Assembly: GCA_000165345.1 (NCBI GenBank)
Contig: CM000433.1
Location: 192,001-256,000 of the forward strand
DNA: 64,000 nucleotides
Direction of reading: 5' to 3'
Shown here piece after piece: positions 52,398 through 63,454 of this stretch. The position numbers were made by a program, and so were the translations under genes. The notes below the pieces were generated by a model. It made no database searches, had not been told where the DNA came from, and saw nothing but the letters and a program-made list of their open reading frames with translations. Position 1 is the stretch's first letter. Every line of letters starts with the position of its first letter.

Positions 52398-54713
52398 ATG
52401 TCGGATTTTCACTGTAATTCAGTGGACAGTGATATAATTTATGAGTATGAAAATATTTCGGTGAACCAAATGATTGGAGTTAGGAATGGGTTTCGAAGCC
52501 AGGATAATATACATCGAAGCGATGTAGAATTAAGTAAACAAGGTTACAATGGCTTAAAAGATGGGATAGTAAGTAATTCATCAGAAGTCAACGCATATAA
52601 CAGAAGTGTGAATCCCAATAGGCGTGGAGGCAAGTTGAAGCCAAGACATGTTCCTGATTTCGTATTAATATCGCCTGAAGATGTAGATAGATTACTCTCT
52701 ACAGTAACGACTTTAGATGAAAGAAAGACAATAATGAACAATTATGAGCTTGGGACTATTGTATTAAGAAGGCTATGCATAAGCGAAAGTAGCGAAATCA
52801 AAGCTTTTATGGACTCGATTCAAATGAGAACAACAGGAAAAGCATTAGAAAGCCATGAACGGAATATAATTTGCTTGACTTTTAGAGGGCAGCCTAAGAG
52901 GTGGGTGTTTTGTCCATGCAGAAGCTGTTTATTTAAAGGTAAGGCACATGATAAATTAATGGGCCATTTTAAAATTATGGAGCATGATACTCAGACAAAC
53001 AAATTTCAAATCTCTAAGAACGTTTATGATTCATATGGCGTTTTCATGGCTTCTTGTGGCTATTTTGCTGCCACGTTTTGCCCCCAACAAAATTATTCTT
53101 CGCATAAAGTATTTGTCGGCCCTACAATTTCAGATTTGAAAGGCAGGATTCATGATCGATATATATTATTCATCAATGACTCAAAAGTTATACAAATGGC
53201 ATGGAGAAGAAAACAGAATTATTCCTTTGAATGCGAGGAATTACTTAGTAATGTAATGTCCAAGTTGATAGTTTGTGGGAAATCAGGTCATGTACAGATG
53301 ATAAATCAGTTGAGTAAAGGATACTCTGGACTAATATCTCTTCCACTTAAATTACGTTTCCATTGCGAAAACTTAGAAAAACAGCCTAATTCGATTAGTT
53401 CGGTAAATGAATTTAGCAAAGGGGGAGTTGGCTTAGTCAATAAAAAGAACAAGAGAAAAATGAGCAAGAGGAATATGGAAGATTGGGATATTATAAATTC
53501 AGATAAATTTTTGAATGATGCAAATGAACTTCAGAATGCTTATAGCAAAGGTATGGATCAGAGTCTGACATCCAAATCTTATTCTTTTCCAAATTCTCCA
53601 ATAGTAAGGGTTCAAAATAACCAATATTATAATTCAGATAGCAATTCTTTAACTCCAAGATGTACAAAACAGTACATTTCAGAATCAGGGCATGATATTG
53701 ATGGTGAGACTCTAACTTCTAATAGATATGGCTGTATTGTTGGCGATGTATCTACTGCATCAGCAACACCTATTGCAGAAAGCGCAGATTGCATTATTAA
53801 CAAGCAGTTTAATAATTATAATTCAAAGATTTTGGATTGCATTCAAACAATAAATAAAAGCGGGTTATCATTAAACGATATGAGTAGAGGCATTTATGCA
53901 GGTAGCCCGTTGGATCCAAATTCCTTCATTTCAAAAGTTCCAATTCCATCTTCCTTCTTCAACAATATAGGCCAAAATAAGATTTTGATGAATAACATTG
54001 ACGCAAATAAGGCAGATAGATACGGGAATAAATCAAATAGCAAAAACTGGCTTGGATCATTAGAAAATGAAAATGAAAACCCAAATATAAAACAATTAAA
54101 AGAGAACTATTTGTATGGGGATTTTTCACAGGGTAATGGAATTTTTAGATCACATTTTCAACAGAATTTCATAAATGAAGGAGCTCACTTCAATTTTAAT
54201 CCTTTGGCATTTTCTTCTGATTCCGCAACCAACCCAATTCTACAAAATGAGACAATTGAAGAGGAATCCATAAACAAGCAAAATTTTAACGGTGGATTTA
54301 TAATAAATGGTATCGCTGCAAACCAATCAATCTCTTTATATAGGCAAGTTTTTTCTACGAATGAAATCACAACTCCAAATTCTACGCTTGAAATTTCATC
54401 ACCCATACAACAGATTCAACATTCATTTATTTCAGATGGAATGGGTCAAGAACAGAACAGCCAAATTAATATTATTCAACAAACGCAAAATATCGTTAAC
54501 CCTGGAACATATAGTGATGTATTTGGAGAAGATGTAACACAATGCGCTTCATGCGAGCATTGCTCAATTGGTGGGTATCCTTATTATTGCAATTGCTATA
54601 AAATGCCATCTGAATCAGCAGCTAGCTCTAATGTTATCGATGTTAATGATACTGCAGGAGTCTTTCAGTTGAATAATCAATTTATTCATGCTTCACATGA
54701 GGTGGATACATAG
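52398..54713 (+). CDS. Member B of the paralog pair, with the same unassigned Cys-containing domain and an N/Q/S-rich tail
   Basis: 771 aa. Conserved block: PRHVPDF...YELGTIVLRRL...IICLTFRGQPKRWVFCPCRSC...VYDSYGVFMASCGYFAATFCPQQNY. It is head-to-head with paralog A across 1.24 kb. Confidence 0.5.
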   Translation: MSDFHCNSVDSDIIYEYENISVNQMIGVRNGFRSQDNIHRSDVELSKQGYNGLKDGIVSNSSEVNAYNRSVNPNRRGGKLKPRHVPDFVLISPEDVDRLLSTVTTLDERKTIMNNYELGTIVLRRLCISESSEIKAFMDSIQMRTTGKALESHERNIICLTFRGQPKRWVFCPCRSCLFKGKAHDKLMGHFKIMEHDTQTNKFQISKNVYDSYGVFMASCGYFAATFCPQQNYSSHKVFVGPTISDLKGRIHDRYILFINDSKVIQMAWRRKQNYSFECEELLSNVMSKLIVCGKSGHVQMINQLSKGYSGLISLPLKLRFHCENLEKQPNSISSVNEFSKGGVGLVNKKNKRKMSKRNMEDWDIINSDKFLNDANELQNAYSKGMDQSLTSKSYSFPNSPIVRVQNNQYYNSDSNSLTPRCTKQYISESGHDIDGETLTSNRYGCIVGDVSTASATPIAESADCIINKQFNNYNSKILDCIQTINKSGLSLNDMSRGIYAGSPLDPNSFISKVPIPSSFFNNIGQNKILMNNIDANKADRYGNKSNSKNWLGSLENENENPNIKQLKENYLYGDFSQGNGIFRSHFQQNFINEGAHFNFNPLAFSSDSATNPILQNETIEEESINKQNFNGGFIINGIAANQSISLYRQVFSTNEITTPNSTLEISSPIQQIQHSFISDGMGQEQNSQINIIQQTQNIVNPGTYSDVFGEDVTQCASCEHCSIGGYPYYCNCYKMPSESAASSNVIDVNDTAGVFQLNNQFIHASHEVDT

Positions 54714-54792
54714 CCATTTTGTTTTTAATTTTATATTTGAAATAAATTGATCGGTTTTAAAATATTAATATTCCCATTAATAAATTATAATT

Positions 54793-56313
54793 TTAGGTTA
54801 TTTCTTTGTATTCGACATCTTCGAAAACTAATTCGTTAATAGGCTTTGGTCTCCAAACAGAATTCTGGTAAGTGGACGAATTAGGGTCGTTTGCATTTGA
54901 ATAATTTACGTTGCTTGGTAAAGTCCAAATATCTTTTTGCCTAGTTGTAATCTCAATAGATCCTCTTTTTTCACCTATTAAATCAGATGCGCTTCTCGTT
55001 TTTCTTAGTTGACCAGACGTATTCATAAAGTATTTTCCTGCGAGCTTTCCTGCATTTATCATAGTTAGAACGCCCATTGCAAGGGGGAGCTGAGTGTCAA
55101 GCATATTTCCTTTCATTCCGTCTAATTTTGGTACTTCTTCCGTTATCCCATCGTTATCAGTTACACTTTCGTCAACTGCCTTTTTAAATGCTAGAATTTC
55201 TCTGATTGACATCACGATTACGAATGATGTGGTAATAATAATTCCAAAGGAAAATATTATTGTCATTATGAATGTAAATCCTTCAAATTCGTGAAATTTA
55301 GTGAACCCTCCAAAAGTACTAAAAAGTGTCCAAAATACGTAATATGCAGGCACAACCAAAGTTGCATCTCCCATAGCTAGACCCAGATTAAGAAAATGCA
55401 TCTGAAGCCAAGTTGAAGTGGAGAAAAATATAAATGCGAGGTACGGTTGTATGTTATACATCCAATCTTTAGTATGCTGCAAAGCAAATTCACCCCAAGC
55501 AACCATTTCTTTTATTTCAAGGACACATTGGGCACCTATTAGGCCTGCCAAAAAACCATATAACATACTTATATATTTAGGATATTTAGGAAGATTAATT
55601 TTTATTTTTGCGTGATTATTCAAATTTAGTGAATTGTTTGGGGATACTTTCCCAGTTGGAATGATACCAAGCGAATCTTCGTCCAGAGATTTCAATATTG
55701 CCCTTCTTGTTTGAATTTCTTTTTGCTCATTGTATTTTGCCTCTTCATTATTGATTACGATCAAGACAGCCAATGCACAAATAAAACAAAAAATTATATA
55801 AATTAAATAATACGGATCTGACCAAGATTCAATCCCTGAATATTTAGTCGTTGGGGCTTCGGTCGGAATAACTGATGCAATTGCACATAGACAAATTCCA
55901 AAAATGACCCCTACTGTGGAAATCAATTCAAAAATTCCAAACTGTTCATCAAGCAGAGTTGCTGCAGCGAATGCATTAGCAACTAAACCAAAACTATTCA
56001 TTGGCGCTAAAATTGAGGCTGGCGCAAACCCGAGTGCAATAATATGAATAATTGCCCCAAAAGCGTATGAAATAACACCTATCCACCATGTAACTTCATT
56101 ATAAGCCATACTATAAACGTTAGTTTGAGAATCGTTGATACATTTTTGCTGTTGGATGTGTAGACCTTTCTTCATATACGCATTTCCAAATGCCATAAAG
56201 CAAGATCCCACAATAGTAAGCACAATTCCAATCGTCAAACTAAGCACTGGAAAGTTTGTGATTAGCATAAAAAAATAACTCTCCTCCATATTTTCATCTT
56301 TGAAGAGGGACAT
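54793..56313 (-). CDS. NIPA-family (DUF803) magnesium transporter-like membrane protein
   Basis: 506 aa, multi-TM. FGNAYMKKGL and ISYAFGAIIHIIALGFAPASILAPMNSFGLVANAFAAATLLDEQFGIFELISTVGVIFGICLC match the NIPA core (SS.fIG.SfI.KKKGL ... NF.AYAFAPA.LVTPLGALSV...A.L...L.E.L...GK.GC.L). Confidence 0.75.
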   Translation of the reverse strand: MSLFKDENMEESYFFMLITNFPVLSLTIGIVLTIVGSCFMAFGNAYMKKGLHIQQQKCINDSQTNVYSMAYNEVTWWIGVISYAFGAIIHIIALGFAPASILAPMNSFGLVANAFAAATLLDEQFGIFELISTVGVIFGICLCAIASVIPTEAPTTKYSGIESWSDPYYLIYIIFCFICALAVLIVINNEEAKYNEQKEIQTRRAILKSLDEDSLGIIPTGKVSPNNSLNLNNHAKIKINLPKYPKYISMLYGFLAGLIGAQCVLEIKEMVAWGEFALQHTKDWMYNIQPYLAFIFFSTSTWLQMHFLNLGLAMGDATLVVPAYYVFWTLFSTFGGFTKFHEFEGFTFIMTIIFSFGIIITTSFVIVMSIREILAFKKAVDESVTDNDGITEEVPKLDGMKGNMLDTQLPLAMGVLTMINAGKLAGKYFMNTSGQLRKTRSASDLIGEKRGSIEITTRQKDIWTLPSNVNYSNANDPNSSTYQNSVWRPKPINELVFEDVEYKEIT

Positions 56314-56448
56314 TTGAATGTTAAGCTATAAAATACATTAAAAAAACGGGGGAATATGAACAAATCAAGATATATATAAAAAAAATAATTATTTTGTGTG
56401 AAAATACAAGTTAGACAGGACGGTCATAGCTCAAGATTTTCTTTTAGA

Positions 56449-57877
56449 TCACCTCTGACGATAATTGCTTTTAAGAGTAATGTAGCTTATTTTCATATTT
56501 GAATGGTATTCGGTGTGAGTATCTGCAACCTTTTTAATGATTTCCTGTATTTCCTCAAAGTATTTATTTTTCTTCTTAACCTTCATTGCATCAAGGAAAG
56601 GCTTGATTTGCATCCTGCCTCCTGCAAGGCTAAGTTTACGAATAACTTCTGCCTCAAGACTCCTTGAAAAACCATTAATTGAAGAGGATAATGCTGTTGG
56701 AGACTTTACTGTCTTTTTTTGTATTTCAAATTGTATATTCGTATTAACTGTAACCGGAGCGGAACTACTAATATTACTTTTACTTTCAACGTCGTCATCA
56801 ATCTCATCAGAATACAGATTCAGTTCTTCATCAGCTTCCATATCTTGTTGATTAGCTATCATTGTCTTAAGAGTTTGTCCATATTCTGTTAAAATTCCAT
56901 CTGGGCCTTCATCGTCTTCTGAATTAGAGTAATCATTTCCATTAACTAAATTTGGGTTGTGCTCTTCCTCGAACTTTTCATCCATTTCATTTTTTTCTAT
57001 ATAACCTTCATCATCACTCATTTTTCCGTCTCCATCATAGTCCCAGTAATCACCACTCTTTAACGTAGTTAATGAAAGAGCAGATACAACGATACGCGAG
57101 TCATCTGAATTCTCTTTGTTTAGCATCGCAGAAATTTTTCTTTTTTTTTCTTGTCGTTTAAGACCAAAATCTTTATCGTAGATATCATCCAATATTCCTC
57201 TCATTACTCCAGGAATTACATTATTTTCGCAAGAGCTATTAAAAATGCCTAGATTTTTATTTGTATCGCTTTCAGGTGTTTGATCGTCTTCAGCATCATT
57301 TTCAAGTTTAGTTCTCATTTTATTAGACGATTCTTGTATACGAGCGGTCACAGCAGCCTCTCTAGAAATGTAGTCACGCTTTAAATTTTCTGCAACATCT
57401 GAATTACTTTCGTTCTTTCCCTTAATGCTAGGGTCAAATACAAATAGTCCATCCAAAAATTTAAATTCATAGTGGGTTCCTTTGTCAATTATAGCTGCAT
57501 AATTGGAATTTTTTTGTGATAACTGCCTTCCTATACAATGTTTTGAATTGCTATCTCTAATCCTTATATTTATCTGGTTTGGATCAGCTGTATTATTGGG
57601 GGAAATAGAGGGTTCATATTTTACGCTTAAAGAATCAATATCCTGAAACATATAGGCATGAAACTTAGGATGATTTGAAATAACTTACTCTTACAGGAGT
57701 CACATAATCGACAAAAACAGCACCTACCATACTTTGGGCATGAGTAGGTACGCTAAATCTTCCAAAAAAGCAGCTTCCTGGTTTATCTGCATTCAAAATA
57801 AGCTGCTTTTCATTTCCAAAATCGCCTTCATCAAAATATTCAGCAATTTCATCTGTTGTACAACTTGAGGAATTCAT
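56449..57877 (-). CDS. TFIIF alpha (RAP74/Tfg1)-like protein, 2 exons (57689..57877, 56449..57642)
   Basis: The 46-nt intron 57643..57688 (GTAAGT to ATGTTTCAG) joins the 70-aa and 400-aa ORFs in phase 0. Architecture: N-terminal domain, a long acidic DE-rich centre, and a C-terminal winged-helix-like segment (SLEAEVIRKLSLAGGRMQIKPFLDAMKVKKKN...), as in TFIIF-alpha. The homology call is tentative. Confidence 0.45.
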
Positions 57878-57965
57878 TTAGTGTAATATTTGCTCACAGA
57901 TAAATGGTAATCGAAAAAGAAGGGGCGGCAATATTTTTTGAAATGAGTATGAAATGTCTATAACA

Positions 57966-58613
57966 CTATGAAACCAAAGAATCAAAATCAAAATTTTCAT
58001 CTAACCTTCGGCCCTTTTGGTTTATTAGACTGCCTTGCTTTTGAATATTATTATATTTGCCAACAGTACTAGGCATTGAGTTGAACTTTATTGTCTGAAC
58101 ATTTCCAGTAGATTGAGTATCTACCTTTTCAGGGTTTGCTGTATAGTTATCTCTATCAATGAGTACAAACTCATTTGGATTTTTAGGACTTAAGTTGTCA
58201 AATTCAGAGATCTCTGAATCTAGTATCTGCTTGTATTGTCTCCCACATATGGAACTGGCGTACTCTTTAGTTTTTGGAGAAAAATTAACTCCTAAAACTT
58301 GTTTGAAATAATTTCTTGCTCGACCATTTCCACCAATATCCATCCTCACCAGCTGAATTGGAGTAAATTTATCAAGATCAGATGACCTTACAAAACTAAT
58401 ATGTACTCCCATCTTCCTATGATCAGAGGAACAATTTAGGCAAATGAATACAGCAAATGATAATGAAAGCCATGTGGGATTCCTAGATTCGCAATCAAAG
58501 CAAGTTCGATTTTCCGGCCTATTTCTCACAATTTGGAAGAAATTATCTCTGAGTTTATCGGAAACAAACCCTTTTTCGTCTACATCAGCATTAATTAAAT
58601 TTGAAATATTCAT
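57966..58613 (-). CDS. ArfGAP-domain protein (ADP-ribosylation factor GTPase-activating protein)
   Basis: 215 aa. C4 ArfGAP finger: NRTCFDCESRNPTWLSLSFAVFICLNCSSDHRKMGVHISFVRSSDLDKFTPIQLVRM.IGGNGRARNYF, including the catalytic Arg. Confidence 0.8.
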   Translation of the reverse strand: MNISNLINADVDEKGFVSDKLRDNFFQIVRNRPENRTCFDCESRNPTWLSLSFAVFICLNCSSDHRKMGVHISFVRSSDLDKFTPIQLVRMDIGGNGRARNYFKQVLGVNFSPKTKEYASSICGRQYKQILDSEISEFDNLSPKNPNEFVLIDRDNYTANPEKVDTQSTGNVQTIKFNSMPSTVGKYNNIQKQGSLINQKGRRLDENFDFDSLVS

Positions 58614-58650
58614 ATTTTGTTAATGTTCAGTTCTACCGCGCAAGAATTCT

Positions 58651-60543
58651 TTACTTCGGAAATTTCTTATTGGTAATTCTCCTCATAATATTCTTCAAAT
58701 TGTTCCATGCGGCTTGGTTTCTAATAAGTTGTGGGTTCTTAAGACAGCTTGTATGTATTGCAATAATGTATAGTTGTGATATGTTTAGCTCCTTTTGTCT
58801 GCATAAATGCATAACTTTCATCCTTAATGACACACTATAAAATTCTTGCTTTGTTTGGATGAAATTATATGTGAACAAACCTACTGATCTTTGTATATAT
58901 GTTGCGTAACGACCAATAGTAACAACCCATGACATTGCAGATTCTAATGAACTGGCAATGAAATCCGAACAAAACGTATCATATCCATCAAGAATTCGAA
59001 TGCTAAAAAACAGCCACGGGGAATTTATTACTTCATTCTTATCTTCTTCTGCTTCACTTTTTGTCTGGCGTTTAAACAGCTCGTGAAAGAAGCCTTTAGG
59101 CTGATTAATTCTTCGAAATGAGTTAGAGTTATTTCCATAATCAATACCTATCACTTTTTCCAAAGGTATGGTTTTCACAACGTTGCTTGAAGTTGTGTAT
59201 TCAAATGTTGTGCCAACAATTCTGCAATAACACTTTAAAGTATTACCATGACTACCTTGTAATTTATGTAAAATTGAGCCATTTCTAACTTCAAATGTTA
59301 AACTAGGTTCAAGAGCGTTACCTGGCCGACCAACACTATTAAATAGCAATCTTTTAAGATTAATAATCTTTTCTTTAGAATTTGTCAGTTGTGTTTTTAA
59401 GCTATTCACAAGCATATATGAGTCTTGAATTCTTCGATTTTCATTTGCAATTATATCGTTTTTAAAATGAGAAATTATACTCGAAAACTTTTGAATACTG
59501 TTCTCAATTCCAACAATATCCTTTCGAATATTTGAAATTTCCTCAGTGAGGTCTCCTGTATTTTTTGACAAATCCTCAGTAATTTCTGTAATTACTTCAT
59601 TTCTTTTTATTAATAGCGTTTCAAGATATGCTGCCATTTTGTCGACCATTTCTTTCGACCGTGATAAAGGTTCATAAATTTTCAATTCTCTCTTCATTTG
59701 ATCTCTTTCTTTTTTCAGATCCTGATTATTCTTCATAAAGTCAGATAGTTTTTCTTCAACATCAGTTTTTTCTCTGCTTATTTTGTCAATGTTTTTGTCC
59801 TTTTCTTTATTTTCATTTTCAAGTAGTTCAAACCTTTTTTCAAGTTCCTTAAAAAAATTAAATGAGTCGGAAACTAATATATTTTAACTTACTTCAAATT
59901 CCGTCTTTTTTGCCTCGAGTTCATCTTTCACATTAGAGAATTCAACATTTCGCTTACCGAGAATTATTTGAAATTGTTTCTGAGTTTGATAAAGCTCTTC
60001 TTGAGCTTTATTCCCCACAGCAAGTAGACTTTGGGTACCATTATGAAGCTCTTGTAGTTTTTGATATTCATTTATTTTGTTTTTTAGCCCTTCTCTAAAT
60101 GATTCTTTTTGCTCGATGGCCTCTTCAAATCTTAGAACAAGTTGATTATACCTCTTTTTGAGTTCATTGCACGACTCTTCAATATTCTGTTTTTCAATAA
60201 GCACTAACGTGTATTGATCTTCAAGGGAATTACTTTTGTTGTTTTTTTGATTCGTAAAATTAAATTTATTTTCTAGATGTTCATTTGCTTTTTTTTGTTC
60301 GCCCTTTAAACGCCCATTAAATGGAATATTTTTTGGGGAATTATCATGGTACTTATTGTGCCTGGAGTTGGTATTAATCAATTTGTCTGTTGGATTGTTT
60401 GCTCTTCGGTTGATATTTGTAACTAAATTAGTCAAATTTTCATTCCACTCTTTTATTTTTTCCTTTTCATTCCTAAGACGTTGAACATTTACATTCTTAT
60501 TATCTGCGCTGACTCTTTTGTTTATAAACAGATTTGTGTGCAT
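58651..60543 (-). CDS. Coiled-coil protein with a PH-like domain, 2 exons (59893..60543, 58651..59847)
   Basis: The 45-nt intron 59848..59892 (GAA|GTAAGT to TTTTTTTAAG) joins the 219-aa and 361-aa ORFs in phase 0, giving a continuous heptad-rich segment ...KKTEFE|ELEKRFELLENENKEKDK.... The PH-like core is LHKLQGSHGNTLKCYCRIVGTTFEYT...IPLEKVIGIDYG...W. Confidence 0.55.
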
Positions 60544-60747
60544 TTAAAATAATTTGTCAATCTTATTATTAGTTAAAAAAAAAAAAATCATTTAGGTAAA
60601 CAAAAGAAAAATCTAATAATGACATTGCACATCTCCACATACTACGCGCCAAATTTTGGAGTTATTGAATAATAAATGAAAACTAATAATATATAAATTA
60701 GTATATTCTTTATTTTACGAGTAATTGATTTATATTCACGCAAATCT

Positions 60748-61509
60748 ATGAATATACTAACATTATCTCTGATTATGTCTAAAGCCTCAGAGGATGAAAA
60801 GATTATTAAAAAAAAAATTACTAAGAAGTTAGCTTTGCAATCAAATAAGTCAAATAGGCTTCAGTTATGTACTTATTTTATTAAAGGAAGGTGTAAAAAT
60901 GGAAGTTCTTGTCAATTCAAACATTCAGCTATTCCCATTACGAAGAAGAAGCTTTGCTGGTATTTTATATCGGGAAAATGTTCAAAAAGCGACTGCCAGT
61001 ATAGTCATGAAATATCGAAGTTTCCATGTAGATACTTAAATACTGTTGGGTTTTGTAGGAATCTTAAAGACTGCCGCTTTAGTCACGAACTAATAAAGAC
61101 CGAGCAACAAAGAGAAGAGTTTGTCAGAGAAAATAAGGATTATTTGCTCCTTCCTCACAAAGATGGCGGACCGAGTGAAATTCATGTAAACCATATGTGG
61201 TGGGTACCTTTATTAAAAAAGATTATCAAAGAAGATGAAGAAATAGCAGCTAAACGTTCGTTCATTAAAAGACTTTATAACGAATCAGAGACTTCCGTTC
61301 CAAAGGGGATTTGTAGTTCAATTGAACCCAGGTTTGCTATAAATATAAGTAATCGTTCTGAAAATATTTGTCTAACAGATACTACCTCTGAGTATAGTTC
61401 AAAAGAGTATAATTCTAATACTTCTAATTCATTTAATCGAATTTTCGAGAGAAAGGAATTTAATATTAAAAAACTATACTCGAATTTGTTTGGTAACTCA
61501 AATAACTGA
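60748..61509 (+). CDS. CCCH-type zinc-finger protein with three C-x7-C-x5-C-x3-H fingers
   Basis: 253 aa. The three fingers are CTYFIKGRCKNGSSCQFKH, CWYFISGKCSKSDCQYSH and CRYLNTVGFCRNLKDCRFSH. Confidence 0.75.
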   Translation: MNILTLSLIMSKASEDEKIIKKKITKKLALQSNKSNRLQLCTYFIKGRCKNGSSCQFKHSAIPITKKKLCWYFISGKCSKSDCQYSHEISKFPCRYLNTVGFCRNLKDCRFSHELIKTEQQREEFVRENKDYLLLPHKDGGPSEIHVNHMWWVPLLKKIIKEDEEIAAKRSFIKRLYNESETSVPKGICSSIEPRFAINISNRSENICLTDTTSEYSSKEYNSNTSNSFNRIFERKEFNIKKLYSNLFGNSNN

Positions 61510-61703
61510 TAACTTATTACTATATTTACTACCTTTGAGAACGCATTATTGCGATTTTTTTCGAAAATAAAAGATTAACTTTTTTATTATCGTACCTATA
61601 AGCATCTTAAAAAAACATTACCGCCGAATTATTACAGTTATTTTTTAAGTTGAATGAATAATTGAATATCTTTATTCGAATTATAGAATAATAATTATAT
61701 TTT

Positions 61704-63035
61704 ATGTCATTGCATACTCTACTCGAAAATATTTCATTTGTTTTCAAAATTTATGCCGGCCTATCAGCATTCTCAGTACTTTGGTTTACATACTCATACA
61801 ATGTTTATATTAAACGCAGTCCAAATAAGTTGAAAAATATTAACCAATCAAAATTTAGTTTCTGCGAAAGATTAGACCATGAAAATATTTCTTTATTGTA
61901 TTCCGTACTTGGTTCAATTCTTTATTGCCCACTCCGAATATTTGTATTATGTCTTACAACAATTGTAGTAATAACGATTTTACTCGCTTTAAAGCTAATT
62001 GGAAGTATATTTCCTTGGATGAATGAAGCTCATTTATACAATTACATTCATATACTAATTGTTAAATTTGTAGGGTTTTTTACGCTTCGACTTCTGGGCG
62101 TCCTAGAAGTGGATCATTTTGTACTAGAAAAGAATGGCATTGATGATTCTGGGAAAATAAAATACAGTTATCAAAAATCAGACGGCTTACCTGCAATTGA
62201 TGATATTGTAACCATTGTTTCTAATCATATTTCAATTTTAGATATTTCCTTTTTTATGAGATATGTTTCATGCGGATTTGTTGCTCAAAAAGAAATTCGT
62301 GAAAATTATATTTTTGGGACTGTTGCAGACATTATAGGATGTATCTATGTTGATAGAAGCTGTATGGAAACTAGGTCGAAAGCAAAGCATTTAATTCAAG
62401 ATAGGCAACTTCGAAGATTTGAATTAGTTCAATCTAGAGCATCCGAAACTATTATTTGTTCAGAAAAAGCCAAAGACTCCAAATGTTTATTATTTAGGAG
62501 TGAAATAAACAAACATCTTAATTCTCTAGAAAAAACCCCACTTGTGATATTCCCTGAAGGAACAACAACAAATGGCAGTAGCATTATTCCCTTTAAGCTA
62601 GGCGCATTTGAATCCCTCACACCAGTAACACCAGTTGTTCTTCTATACAAATATTCTGCATTCTCGCCGGCATTTGACATTATCCCATTTTGGGTACTTA
62701 TATGTTTACTTTTTTGCAACTACGGCAAAATAACACTATCTGCATATTGGCTGCCGCAAATGCATGCAATCGAGCTGAATAATAAGGAAATTTCAACTAA
62801 AGAATTTGCCGATCGAGTAAGGAAACTTATGATTGAGGTACTTCGCGAAGCTGAGGAATTTAAAAGTGAAGGCTACCTATGGGTTTCCCAGAAAAAAAAC
62901 TCTCATATAGATACAAAGAAGAACTTCAGAAAAAGGTTTGAAATATCTACTAGTAAAAATTTGGATAGTAGCAACTTAACTACGACTGGTTCACTTAGGT
63001 TGAAGCAAGAGTATATTCGGATGCTCAATAATTAA
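61704..63035 (+). CDS. Lysophospholipid acyltransferase of the PlsC/LPCAT family
   Basis: 443 aa with N-terminal TM helices. Acyltransferase motif I is SNHISILD (HxxxxD) and motif III is IFPEGTTTNG, with a downstream motif IV-like proline region. Confidence 0.75.
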   Translation: MSLHTLLENISFVFKIYAGLSAFSVLWFTYSYNVYIKRSPNKLKNINQSKFSFCERLDHENISLLYSVLGSILYCPLRIFVLCLTTIVVITILLALKLIGSIFPWMNEAHLYNYIHILIVKFVGFFTLRLLGVLEVDHFVLEKNGIDDSGKIKYSYQKSDGLPAIDDIVTIVSNHISILDISFFMRYVSCGFVAQKEIRENYIFGTVADIIGCIYVDRSCMETRSKAKHLIQDRQLRRFELVQSRASETIICSEKAKDSKCLLFRSEINKHLNSLEKTPLVIFPEGTTTNGSSIIPFKLGAFESLTPVTPVVLLYKYSAFSPAFDIIPFWVLICLLFCNYGKITLSAYWLPQMHAIELNNKEISTKEFADRVRKLMIEVLREAEEFKSEGYLWVSQKKNSHIDTKKNFRKRFEISTSKNLDSSNLTTTGSLRLKQEYIRMLNN

Positions 63036-63454
63036 TCACAAAGTTGTGGTTCTACGTTGATATTTTATTGCATATTATTAATAATAGTAGAGCAAACTAA
63101 TTAAATATATGATATGATTAGTAATTACCAAATAATCGTTTATACTCTCTTTAAAAGAAATTTTTTTTTTGATTAAATTCACCTATAAAAACGATAAAAA
63201 AAAGTCGCAAATTTATAAAATGACGTTATGTCTCTGAGTCACTGAGTTTTATAATTAAATATAAGAAATAATTTAACAAATCAAGTTTTTTGCGACTATT
63301 TTTAAGAACGAGTGTAAATGAAACTTTTTTGAGCAGACTAAGATATTTGTATATCTTGGATAAATCATTAAAGTGATACTAAATGCTGGTAATAACCGGG
63401 GCTAATCAAGCAAGATTATGTCTTGCGTTATCGTTAATCCTGACCTGTCACTGG

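Noticed and set aside
63230-63250. ctctgagtcactgag containing TGAGTCA (AP-1/TRE-like) in the convergent 3' region after the acyltransferase gene
   Set aside because: It is a single occurrence in a 3' intergenic region with no AP-1 family context in this lineage. It is most likely chance or a small hairpin-free direct repeat.
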